NCBI GenBank assembly: GCA_973895155.1
Contig: OZ316892.1
Coordinates: 16,482,357 to 16,546,356, forward strand
Source of the DNA: Marsupella aquatica
Lineage: Eukaryota; Plantae; Marchantiophyta
Length of the DNA: 64,000 bases
Direction: 5' to 3'
This document shows positions 48,634 through 59,868 of this stretch, piece by piece; the stretch's first letter is position 1, and every line of letters starts with the position of its first letter. Made by a program: the position numbers and the translations under genes. The notes under the pieces were generated by a model that had not been told where the DNA came from, searched no databases, and saw only the letters and a program-made list of their open reading frames with translations.

Positions 48634-51600
48634 TTACCTAAGAGTGGGGGCTTCGGGATTGCACCACAATTGACTCACAAGAGTAGACTTATAGATAGTC
48701 CTTCCCTCATAACTTAGAGTAGATAGTATTGTCCGGGGTGTTTGCACATAAGTTAACTCCGCTTGAACTCTAGAAAAGACATGTCTTACTTCATGCCCTA
48801 GTGTCTCCATCTCACTAAATGGGTTAGTGTCCACCTATCTCACAATCATCAACTGTTAAAGGCTCAGCACAATCCTCACTGTCCATAGTATCCCATGAAT
48901 CAATCCGTTTCAAATCTTCTTTAGGATCATCAAACTCTATAAACTCTCTTGTTGGGGGCTCAGGTCTAGGGCCTACATTGGATCAATGCTCAATTGTGTC
49001 TTCAACATCATCACATGACACAACCTCTTTCATCATGCTTGTATCTGGCCAAGTCTCTGCCTCCATGTCCCAAGGATGAACCCACCATCGTCTCTTTGTT
49101 GTCGGCAAAGAACTCCTTGGTGAATGTTTAGCCTACACAACAAATCCTTTGCTGCCTGCAAACCTTCCTTAAGGGCATCAACAACCATCTCATTAGTCTG
49201 AACTGCAGAGTAATTAAATAAATTTGGAGCATGTTCTCCCTCATCCAGAGGATATAGAGTTGCGCAAACATGATCCTGTTTATCATGTGATTGACGTATC
49301 TTCAATCCCTCTATTCTATACTCTAAGCTAGCCAGTCAATTTAGTCCCACTGCATTGTCCAATAGAGATCCAAAGTCATAGTTTCTCTCATGGCCACCTA
49401 CCTTGCTGAAAAATATTTCACAACAATTTGATCCCAGCAAGTGAAATGGAACTTGCAGATATGGGAACTTATCTCAAAAGGCACAAATTAACAATACCAC
49501 AAAATGACAAGACATGTTGATTTCATGGAAATTAAGCCTGCATAGAAATCATGTTCTTCTTTGTGATAGATCCAACATTCCCTATCATAGAATGATCGTC
49601 GTACCTCAACCATAGCCTCCACAACCGGAAAAACCAAGATATATACTTTTGATGCCAAGACTACACGGGTTCTCAGGTCATGCTTAACAGAGAATAAAAT
49701 ATCTATATGTAATCTGCACAAACCTCCAAGTATATCATGGTCCCAAAGCTTTTGTCATGATGAACATCTCATCGCTCATACATATACTGCAGGCAAGCTT
49801 GCACTCTCCTGGAAGCTATTCATTGTGGACCAGCCCAATTTTGTCTATCTGTCCTATTCACATCATCCTAGTGCAAGCCCTGCTCATGAATTGCACAATG
49901 GTTATAAACAGATGTGACATATGACAATGATGCATGCCGATCACCAAGAACTAACATAGCAGACTCTCAGTCCAATGGGTTAATTGCCTTCTTGCCATTG
50001 TGAGGTGGGTCTTGGTCTCCAAAGCCATGTAGATCTCCATTCAGAAGAATGGACACTTAATATTGTCACCCAACCCATCCTACATTGTACCTAGGAATAG
50101 AACCATTGACAGCACTATAATCTTCCAACATCAATTTCTTGCGACAAGCATCACCATCACTAGCATGTCCCAACAAATTTCTCTACAATATGTGTCCCAC
50201 ATGTACTTCAGCTCTGCCCAATGCTCTCTCACCCAGGGAGCTTTAAACTTATTACATGTTGGCATAACACACAATGCCAATTTTGGCATTTGTGCATGGA
50301 GAGGATTGACAATGATTACTCTAGCATACATGGAGTAAAGTTACATCATCAGTTATCAGTCGTTTCCATCAGTCGACCTGATATCAGTTGCCACATCATC
50401 TCAGAGAGGCCGCCAAGATACGGCGCAGAAAAAAATGTGAATTTTAAAATAAAAAAAATCTCAAAATTTTTTGAAGAAAAAAAAATTGAAATTTTTTTCA
50501 CTATGGGTGTCCGTACTATACGGACATCACTTCTCGGCGGGGTCAGCCGAGATGGCCAGATCTCCCTACGGTATGGACATCGAATTTCGGCAAATTACTT
50601 TTTCAATTTTTTTTTTTGGTTTTGAAATTTTCAAGAAAATAAATGTTTAATTTTTTTTCCATTTTTTTGGTTCGTATGCCGATCTCGGCGAGGTCAGCTG
50701 AGATTGAGTCAATCTCAGCTGCCTAGCTGAGATGCGTGGAAGTGCAAAGTCGTCATCTCAGTTGCTCAACTGAGATTCAAAAAAAAATTGGCGAAAAAAC
50801 TGATAACTGATGATCCTTGCTACCCCGCATACATGCCTTCGTTATACTTCTCAAAAGTACTTACAATTTTATCATACCCTGTAGTACCTATCCCAATCAG
50901 TACTTCCAATCCAAAAGAACACGTGTGGTCTTCAGAGGGCCCACAAAAGCCAATTAGGGTGTCATATTTAGCTTCCCATCTATCACACAGGACAACACAT
51001 ACCTCAGCTCATGATGTGCAAAATCACCCTAAACGTTGAATAGAATAATATTGCAAGGTCTGTCTAATGGCACAAAAAGCAACACAAACCTTGGTCTCTC
51101 TTTTATCCTTGTTTCATCCTCAGCAAACATTACAGGAACATCTCCATCAATTCTTAGTGACTGCTTTGATGCACATAATACTTTGCAGACCTCTTGGAAT
51201 ATCTCTTTTCAAATGCCAGCTCTAAAGGGTGGTAGTTTTGCTCTATCACGTTTCAAGGTCTTCAAACCTGGACCACCAAGGTTAGCCAGGAAACAATGGA
51301 CCACTTGTCTTCCCCCAAACTGGAACATGGCTTGGGAAAATGCCTTGGTTCTCTTATTATAATGGTAACCCTTAGCAACTCTTTGCAAATTCTTAGCTAC
51401 ATCTGTCAGGAAATCCCACAACCCTTCTTTCCCACCAAAAGCCCCAGACCTATGTCCATTCACTATATTCCTCAAAAACAATCTCAAATCTTTCCTGTCA
51501 TGGGCTACTCCTAATAAGTCTTCTAGCTTCCTGCGCCTAATATTGAGGGCACAAATTTTTGGGCTTGTTGTGTCAACAGCCAACGTTGTCTCCTAAATTG

Positions 51601-53217
51601 GGTGTTGAGGTTACCAACAGGTTCCCTCAGCTCGGTTTTGGTGAGGTATGTCAACCTCATCCCACCCTGTGTAGTCCTGTCTCCTCTCTGTGCACAATGC
51701 TTCTGCTTCCCTGTGCACCCTGCCACTAAAATCATCTTCATGTTTTATAGAATCACATAGAGTGCAAGTGAGGTTTTGAAAACCGCCTCCATTAATTGAC
51801 ACCCTGTGACAATGCTTGTGCCTAAAGCAACCCTATATGCTGACAACCAACTGGCTAGTTGTATTGAAAACCTCAACACAAGCTATACGGTCACAGTCCC
51901 AGACATTCCCTCCCTCTTGATCATCAAGTATTCCCTTCACAACCAAAGAATCTCATGTCCATTGGACCTCTGACTCCCACATGCCCCAACAAAGCAAACT
52001 AAGACTTGGCTCAATTGAGGAATACAACCCACCTCTGCCTGAACTGCTCCCTACACCAAAGTTGCCCTCTCTAAAGAAATTCAGAATTGAATTTTGAGAT
52101 GGAAACAGATCCTGGGCATCAGGCTTCCTTGGTCTCCCCTTCTTCCTTGCCCTTAGTGCAACCTGGGTACTAGTGACAATGACTGTTCTCAAGTGCATCC
52201 ATATGATCTTGACTGACCAGGTGTTGTCTTAAATTGTGTTCCAAATTGGATTTCTTAGGGCACATGTCAGTATGAAGCTTGCCACAGACTGTACATCTGA
52301 CCTTAAATAGGAATGACCTCTCTGCAAATGTTGGATCAGTGGGAGATGGTGTGATAGAGAACACTTCTACCACCCCACCTACCTCTGCATTCAACTTTCC
52401 CACTATTTCCACACCAACCCCTATTTGCACACTATGATCAAGCAATGGTTGTTGTATAGTGTCAGTAGTCGTCACCATAGCTCTAGGTAAACCCCTTTGC
52501 TTACACCAGTTCTCCTTGTGTTTAGGGTTTGTCAGGTGCTTTGTCTTGAAATTGCTAAAGCAATTTGCAATGGACTTGAGTACATGTGAATTGGCTGCAT
52601 TCCCATAAGTCTCCCTACACTCTAAGCACTCTAGATGGCCTCGACACTCCCTCCCTCATCCCACGTTTGCACTCTCCACTTGTGGTCACTAAATCCCTTC
52701 TGGTTTACCCAGGATCGTAGCTTCAACCACTCATCATTCCAGCTCTTTGCTGCAGCCTCAGATATGAGGCAGTCCAAAGGAGCCTATGACAGGCTGTACT
52801 GTAGCATGTACTGGCACGTACCCCTTCTATTTGTCCTTGAGACAATGGATGTGTACCTACCACATTGGACACAGTGGCAGCAAATGAGTGAGAGGACCCG
52901 ATGGCAACCCTCTCTATGGGCAAGGCAGGCAAGGGTTGTGAATTCACTGACACTTGAGTAATCACAAAAATTGTTCCTTGAAGTTCAGTCACCTCAACAG
53001 TCTTCTTTGAAAAGCGTTGGACTCGACCAGGCAACCTCTCATCCCAAAAATCAATGTCAAACTCTACTGCACCAACACATTTGATACGGAAATCTACCAA
53101 AGTCTGCCCTTCTTTGAAGGACATGACACAGATTGGCGTATCAGGCTTTCCTCCCTCCCCACACTTTTCTACCAATCTGACAGAGCTCATGCAACCTAGG
53201 TTTGCCATGATGGACAT
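48634..53217 (-). pseudogene. P-element/THAP9-like DDE transposase with N-terminal zinc fingers, decayed
   Basis: Minus-strand motifs I translated, in order: CTVC...HLVSQDH (Zn finger), FAEDETRIK (~51115), LIGFCG, YARVIIVNPLH...PTCNKF, GHASDGD (~50160), QDPPHNGKKAINPL (~50000), DRQNW (~49845), GSNCCEIFFSKVGG (~49420). These parallel the P-transposase D / D / D..H..K / E motifs. Confidence 0.72.
50333..50826. mobile_element. Non-autonomous Mutator-like MITE (494 bp)
   Basis: 9-bp TSD GCATACATG (50324-50332 and 50827-50835). Perfect subterminal inverted repeat ATCATCAGTTATCAGT (50345-50360 and 50799-50814). Excision restores the frame ...NEGMYARVIIVNPLH. Confidence 0.9.
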
Positions 53218-53379
53218 GAAGACATGATGTGAAAGTAAGGGATAGGGATTAGGTACATGAACCCATCATACAACAATGGACAGAGATGGAAAAGGATCAG
53301 GAGTCTTTCAACCACTCACAGTAAGCCTATTTCAGTCAATTACTTACAATTAGTCCATTTTATTCAACAAAATAGTTCA

Positions 53380-53545
53380 GCCCATATATTGCAATCATAT
53401 ATTAAGTCCATTGCATTTGACCAAATACTTAAGTCCACATATTGCAATCAACCAGATACTTATTTGAGTCCTTTTCATTCAACCAAATACTGAAGTCAAC
53501 AACATTCAACCAAGTACTTAAGTCAACTTCATTCAACCAAATATG
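53380..53545. repeat. Degenerate tandem repeat (TTCAACCAAATACTTAAGTC-like units)
   Basis: 5-6 imperfect copies lie upstream of the P-like transposase. Confidence 0.6.
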
Positions 53546-53708
53546 TAAGTTCATATAATTTAGGTTGCGTTATGGTCTTTGACAAAAACGGATGAAGTTA
53601 TAAGATAGTGGAATGTGTCTAGTCATGGGTACTAGGGATATCAGAACCCTATGGAATGACATGGCGATTACAGTAAATCATGCGCCACTATCCAATGTCC
53701 CAGGTGTC

Positions 53709-54274
53709 TCAGCCCTTCACCCCTCTCCTCAAGTGCTTGTCTACTATTGGTCCTTCATCATGACACCATACACGAGGGCACCTGTGACACTTAATTAAGT
53801 CCCAAATGCCCTCCCAATACTCCTTACAAACCTCACAATAATGTCGTGGGCATATAAGAGCATCAGGATGTGCATCAGGGTTGTCTAGATGGCGGGTGAG
53901 TGGCATTTCCCCCAATCGTAGAAGTAGCCGAAGACAACCAACATGGTAAAATGAGTAGCAGTCATCATGAGAACACTGGACCACAAGGGGCTCGTTTGTG
54001 CTGGGTCTCAAGGTTTTGCAAGAAGTCCACAACCAAAACATCTTCCTCTGTTTTGTTGACAGATGTCACAAAGCCAAGCTGCAGCCCAATCATGACCTTT
54101 GGAAATGACAATGCGCTCACATGTAGGTCCATGGCCATCTTCCTCATGGGGGTTGTGGCCATCAACTACATAATGAAAATGAGACCACAAGGGCCATCGC
54201 AAACAAAACAATTTCTCCCTCATCGCACTCAAAATAGCAAGGGGTATCCATGCAAAGGTGCTCCCTATGGCCAA
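53709..54274 (-). pseudogene. EDM2/NSD-type tandem atypical PHD fingers, frameshifted
   Basis: Joining the frames gives C..C DEG...CDGPC..FH ...C... WLCDICQQNRGRCFGCG ... VVQCSHDDCYSFYHVGCLRLLLRLG ... ICPRHYCEVC...LIKCHRCPRVW. This is the Cys/His spacing of the EDM2 PHD cluster as I recall it. Confidence 0.7.
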
Positions 54275-57200
54275 ATCTTGGATCTAGCAACTCACGGGCA
54301 ATGTGTGCCATGCTAAACAAGATCTGCAAAATTACCTTCAAAAATTAGGAGCAAGTATGATGTACCACAAGGAGCAACAGTCCACCAGCAATCAAAGCCA
54401 GTAGCCTCCACCAGGGGCATGACTTCCCTGTGGGCTCCTTTAATCCATCTTGCAATGTGAGCAATGTAGAATGAGAAGTCAACATTCAACCAGAATGTGC
54501 ATCATCATCATGGGCACACCCTTTACGTGCCCCACCACAGATACAATCATTGATGAAATGACAAAGATTCCAATGTCTGCAAATGATCGAGAGTGCAAAC
54601 AAGCTTCCAATAACACAGAATCCTGATGCAGCACCCCATCTGCAAATTTTACCAGACGGATGTTGTGTGGGACTGGTGGGGATAAGTTTGGCCTCATGTA
54701 ATGGTTTTGAGGCATGGATGGATAGCCCCAGGTCACGACACAGTCTGCTCCAACAATCCTTGAGTGAATCATCTTCAATCGGAATTGTTCACCCTTCAGG
54801 CGCCGTCCCTCAGGCTCTGTGCTGCGTGTGGTAACCATGATATTCAGTGCACCTACATTGAGAAAATGAAAAGGCCACAACAAACAAGGGACAGGGATTG
54901 ACCTAGGCAAGGTCCTCAACACAGAATCCCCACTTCCTGCCTTCTACTAATATATCCCTGCAAAACAGAAAGGCAAGAAATTAACTATTTAAGCACAAAG
55001 GAAGCAATGGAAGTAGACACTACAGTCTCCAACAAGGGGCACATGCAAACAATAGTATGAGACAAACTGTTCTTTATTAAATAGCTCCAAGAGCAGGGAT
55101 ACATGTACAATGAGCTACATACATTTGCGCTTTGGTATAATCAAGTGTACAGTTTGCCACACTGCAGTTGCTTCATCTTGTTTAATTTTTTCTATATCTC
55201 TCTTAGTACTGTCTACCTCTGACTCTGCCTCGGTCACCATTAAGTTGAAAGGGCCTTCTTGTAGAAGAACCCCTGCCTTTAGGGATTCACACATCTATTC
55301 AAAGGACACAACTTTCAAGGCCTCATTTTGAACCAAGCCATTCACATCAGACCAGCAACAATGTGAGTGGTGTTGCTGATAAGAGCAAAGGATCGGCAAC
55401 CATGCCGTTCAATTAACTTATTCTAAAATACTGCAAAACGTGTTGTTGAAAATCCGCTTGGAACTAGCATGGCATAGACACCTCAAAAATGGGATTTGCT
55501 ATTGAAGTAGGCAAAATCTTGGGTGTAATCTAACCCATCGCACAATAAACACCACAGATTCAAACTCTCTTTGGGGCGCTGCAACAATGTGGAGCTTACT
55601 TGGATCCTCCAACAAAGTGCTTATTACTGTCCCACTTGGAAGCTCTGCTAGTGAGGTCCTTGCATAGAGAAACACATAATAGACATGAGAAAGAACAAGG
55701 GCCAACATTTGATACACTATGCCTATTGTGTTTCAGTTGTTTGCTGTAAGCTCTCTTTTGAGTGCAATCTGACATAATCTTGAGTTACTACTTGACGATC
55801 CCTAGCTAGTACAAAAACTAAAACAAATGCAGAGAAAATGAGTACCTAGGATGAAGCTCTACAGGGCTGAGCTGCTCTATGATGGGCACTGCTGCAAAGT
55901 TGTCATCGGGCTTCTTCCTATTGCCTAGTATTGTTGCTCAATCTGTCATCCGCAAAAGTAAATGGAATCATGCATATGTTCAGAAAAAAAGGACTCTTGA
56001 CCGCGGTCTATAGAGTGCAGAACTTGCGCATGAACTCCAGTACTTTACTTCAATCAACTAGACAAAATCCATTCAAGCATTCCAGTCAGGACACAAAGTG
56101 GAGAGGGAATAGTTTTCTGTCATGAAAAGATTGCAACAGAAAGCAATCGACAAAACAGTTGGTACGTAGAGGCACAAATGCAAAAGCAAACTTACAAAAG
56201 AGCAATTAACAATATTGTCTCGAGTTCAACTGCGTGTATAGCGTAGAGCAGAGTAAAAGAGGTGAAGGATGGCCAATGAAGAGCATACGAGGTGAGAGAT
56301 GGCAGCACAGTGCAAGAGCAAAAGACCTAATATTCCACCTGAGAAGTTGACATTGATTCATTACTTCAAACAAACTTCAAAATGGGTTTGTTCAATGCAG
56401 GCAAAGCTCCTTCCAATGCAAGTGGGGGATGGCAACATGGGCTTGTCACAGGCTGGCTACTACACTAATGGCTGCATTCAACAAATAAAAACTAAACCAT
56501 AGGTGGCAACAAGCACAAGGTTGTCTCCTCGACGCATCCTACATTGAAAGGAATCCTGATTCATACCTTCAACTCTCTCTGATCTGAACAAGACCTGGTC
56601 CAAGAAGCAAGCAGCTACGGGCGCAACCTGGATCAATGGAGGAAGCTAGGAAGCAATGGAGGCAAGCTGGCCAATACCCACTGCAATCTGGGCCAACTCC
56701 CACAAAAAGCACATAGTTAATCACAACAAAGGCAGCTGCCGACAATAAGAGCAACATTGCAGCCGCGATGGTGAGCACCAACCAAGCTGCAATGGGGAGC
56801 ATACAATTGAGAAGCAATAGCAATGGGAATAGCGAGTAGACCACGAGAGGCGAGTAGAGTGACCACGGTGGTGAGCAGACCGCAAGAGGTGATGGCAGTC
56901 ACTGTGGTGGCAAGTAGCAGTTGCAAAGAGATATCGCAAGGCAGTGGCAAGGAGCAATGGCAAGGCAATCAACAGACAAGATTGTAGTGTTGCAATCGGC
57001 AATGGAGCAATAAGCAATGGAGCAATCAGCGATGGAGCAAGGCAAGCAGCAGATTGCAATCGGTGATGGAGCAGAAGCTTTCATCCTCTTGCCCAAAAGC
57101 AGGAAAAGCTTGAGTGTGGCCTCGTCCTTGGGCAAGCTTGATTGACCCCTCCTGCTTGCACCAATTCATTCTCCTCCCTCCCGATTCACTCCCCTCCCTG

Positions 57201-59868
57201 TGCCCGATTCCCTATCGCCTCCAAAAGACCCCCGAAAACACCCCTGCCAAGATTCCAAACGCGACTCCTTTCAAATTTATTGTGGGCAACAATGCTTGGG
57301 GTGTAACCAAATACACTCCCCCTCCTTCTCCCCAAAAACAATTTAAATCTGGTGTAGCTTAAGGGTACATCATTGTATTTGCCTTGTCTCAAAAATTGGA
57401 ATGAGTTGGAATAGGAGAGGCCACTTCAAAACTTAGTCTCCTACCTTATTGACAATTGTACAATACTCCCTAGAGAATCCACATGTACCAATTGGGAGGG
57501 GTCAGTGACTGTGCCAATTAGAAGGTGCCACGTGTTGTGTGAAGATGTTGTACAAAAACCCCTAACTTATCTGGACGCCTTCCATGGAAGGCAGCCCAAC
57601 TAATGGAGGCCTATAGTTCTTTAAAGTGGGCCAAAAATTAAAACACACCCTATTGTTCTTCCACGAATCTTCAGAAGTCTTTTGCCTAACTCATTTAAAT
57701 TGGTCTATACTTCGTTGCACGTGATGAGTCACTTCCGTGGAAGTGACCCCCCCAAGACTAGAATGTTTGCTTTTTGGAAGCCAAATGGTCCTAAGAGGCA
57801 TTTTTTGCATGAAGTACTATTGTTGATAATGCTGTTGAGTTCTATACATTTGCTGGCTACCTATTGTGAGAGAAGTGGCGAGAGAACCAAAAATCAATTT
57901 CCTTGTTTTAGATTGGGGTATGTCAGCCAATGATTTTCTCTTCGTCTTAGGACTTTGATTGCAGAAGAAATGTTGAGTTGTTGCACTCTTTTGCACATGC
58001 ACATTAGGCAAACCAGAGTTCCCTTGTCACCGACAATTCTCAACTTGAGAGACTCATCTTTTCAACTAGCAACATTGGCCAAAGAAAATATAAGATGCGC
58101 AATTCAAAGCCAATGTTGCGCAATTTTGAGAGGCTCACAGTCTTGTGGTTGAGAGAAGGTGGAATTGGGGTTGTCTTGCTTTTGTCTAGAGAAGAGCCAG
58201 GTTTCATCCAATAGAGTAGCCTTGGGAGTAGCATTGCAAGTAGAAGTTTAGCAAGAGAGGTTATAGGTGTTGAGAGAAAATTTTATCGCAACTTACTCTA
58301 CCCTACCACTTAGCTTTGGCGTACATTGTTGACTCCAACGCCAAGCTCCTCTATGGTCCAGGCCTCCAAAATGGCCATCCGGGCAGCCATCCGGGACTAA
58401 GTATGGGAGACTAGTGGGCAATGAAGCGGTGCACTAGCAAAGGCAATGCACTAAGCTGATGATGCATAGTAAGGACTTAAACTACTATTGGGAGTTGGTT
58501 AGGTGATGGGAAGGGCCGAGCTTAAGGTGGACCATCTAGACCCCCAAATGGACTTTGAGTTCTAAGAGCTTGAGTAAGAGCTCCTATTGGGCCCAATGTC
58601 AATTTAGTTTTTTCATGCGCAACAAACGTTTGGCACATGAGTTACGACGCGGTGTAGGTGTAGCCATCTGGGACCCCCAACTAACAATGGGTTTTGAGGA
58701 TTTGGGCATGAGCATAGGTGAGTCTGATCCCAACAAGCTAAGGCACTTACAGATGTCTAACTAGAAAGTTATGGGCATAACAAGTTAGTTGTGTGTCCAT
58801 GCAATCAAGTAGGAATCCAGGCTGAGGGCCAAACATAGGGGACCAAAATTGGTCTAAGGGTCGAAAGTCCTAAAAACCATATATGAGGGGAGTGGTGTCT
58901 CTCTAGGGGCCAAGGGCGAGCCCAAGTCGTGAGCCAGGACGGTCGCGATACCAAGGAGAAATGCCAAACAGAAATAACAATAACTTCTCAATGGGAAGTT
59001 TGTTGGAAGACTTCTAGGATATATCAAAAAGCTCTTGAGGAGTACTACATCCTCTTGAGCGCATTTAGGTCTGGGGGTGCCATTGGTTCTCAAGGTTTGT
59101 GGGGGCTATCTCACCCGCTTGCCAAATCCAGCCAAAATAGCAGCCAAACCGTGGTCATTTTTCCATGGGAGCTTGCTTTGGGGAGGCAATGCACAATTGG
59201 AAGGGTGTTGAGGTCCAAGTGCATTTGGATCCTAGACTCTCAGTTGGGTTGGAACCTTGGAGATGGTTGCTAGAGTTGGGGCCAAAGTGGTCTTGGCATT
59301 TGGGACAAGCTTAGGGACAAGCTAGCTATTTGGGCCATGCTCAGCTGTCCTGGAGCCAGGGCGGTCAACCAATGATAAATTAAAAATGTGGAATCTTGGG
59401 CGACATCCAATAGAGGGACTGTTCTGGACGAACAATGGGTGTTGGCTCTAGCTTCAGCTTATGGCAAGGCCATGCGGGCCCAGGTTGTTCTATTCACTGA
59501 CCTACTTACCAATGTCTATCAAGATCCTAATGGGTTACTTGCCAATGTGTTTGGTTGCTTGTGCACACAATGAGGATCATTGAACAACGGTTGTGTTAGG
59601 GAGCAAGTGTGGCTTCTTATGGGAGTTGTCGTTGTTGGTGATAGAGGCACCAAGTTGCTTGCTCAAGGAGTTTTGTGTAGGCAATTGGGCACCAAGAGCA
59701 CGTAGGCAAGAGTGCTAGGATTGGGCGTTGGGTGGCGAGGTCCATCATGCACTCTCCAAGGCGTGAGAGAGGTCTATGCAACTTTCTCCTCAATCTTGGG
59801 AAATCTTCTTGTTCGTTTCATCCTTGTTATGCAATATTTTGAGTACATGCATGACCATGTAGAGACTT

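Noticed and set aside
57400-59868. Short ORFs as genes
   Set aside because: There are no recognisable motifs or consistent frame. This is probably decayed repeat DNA that I cannot classify.
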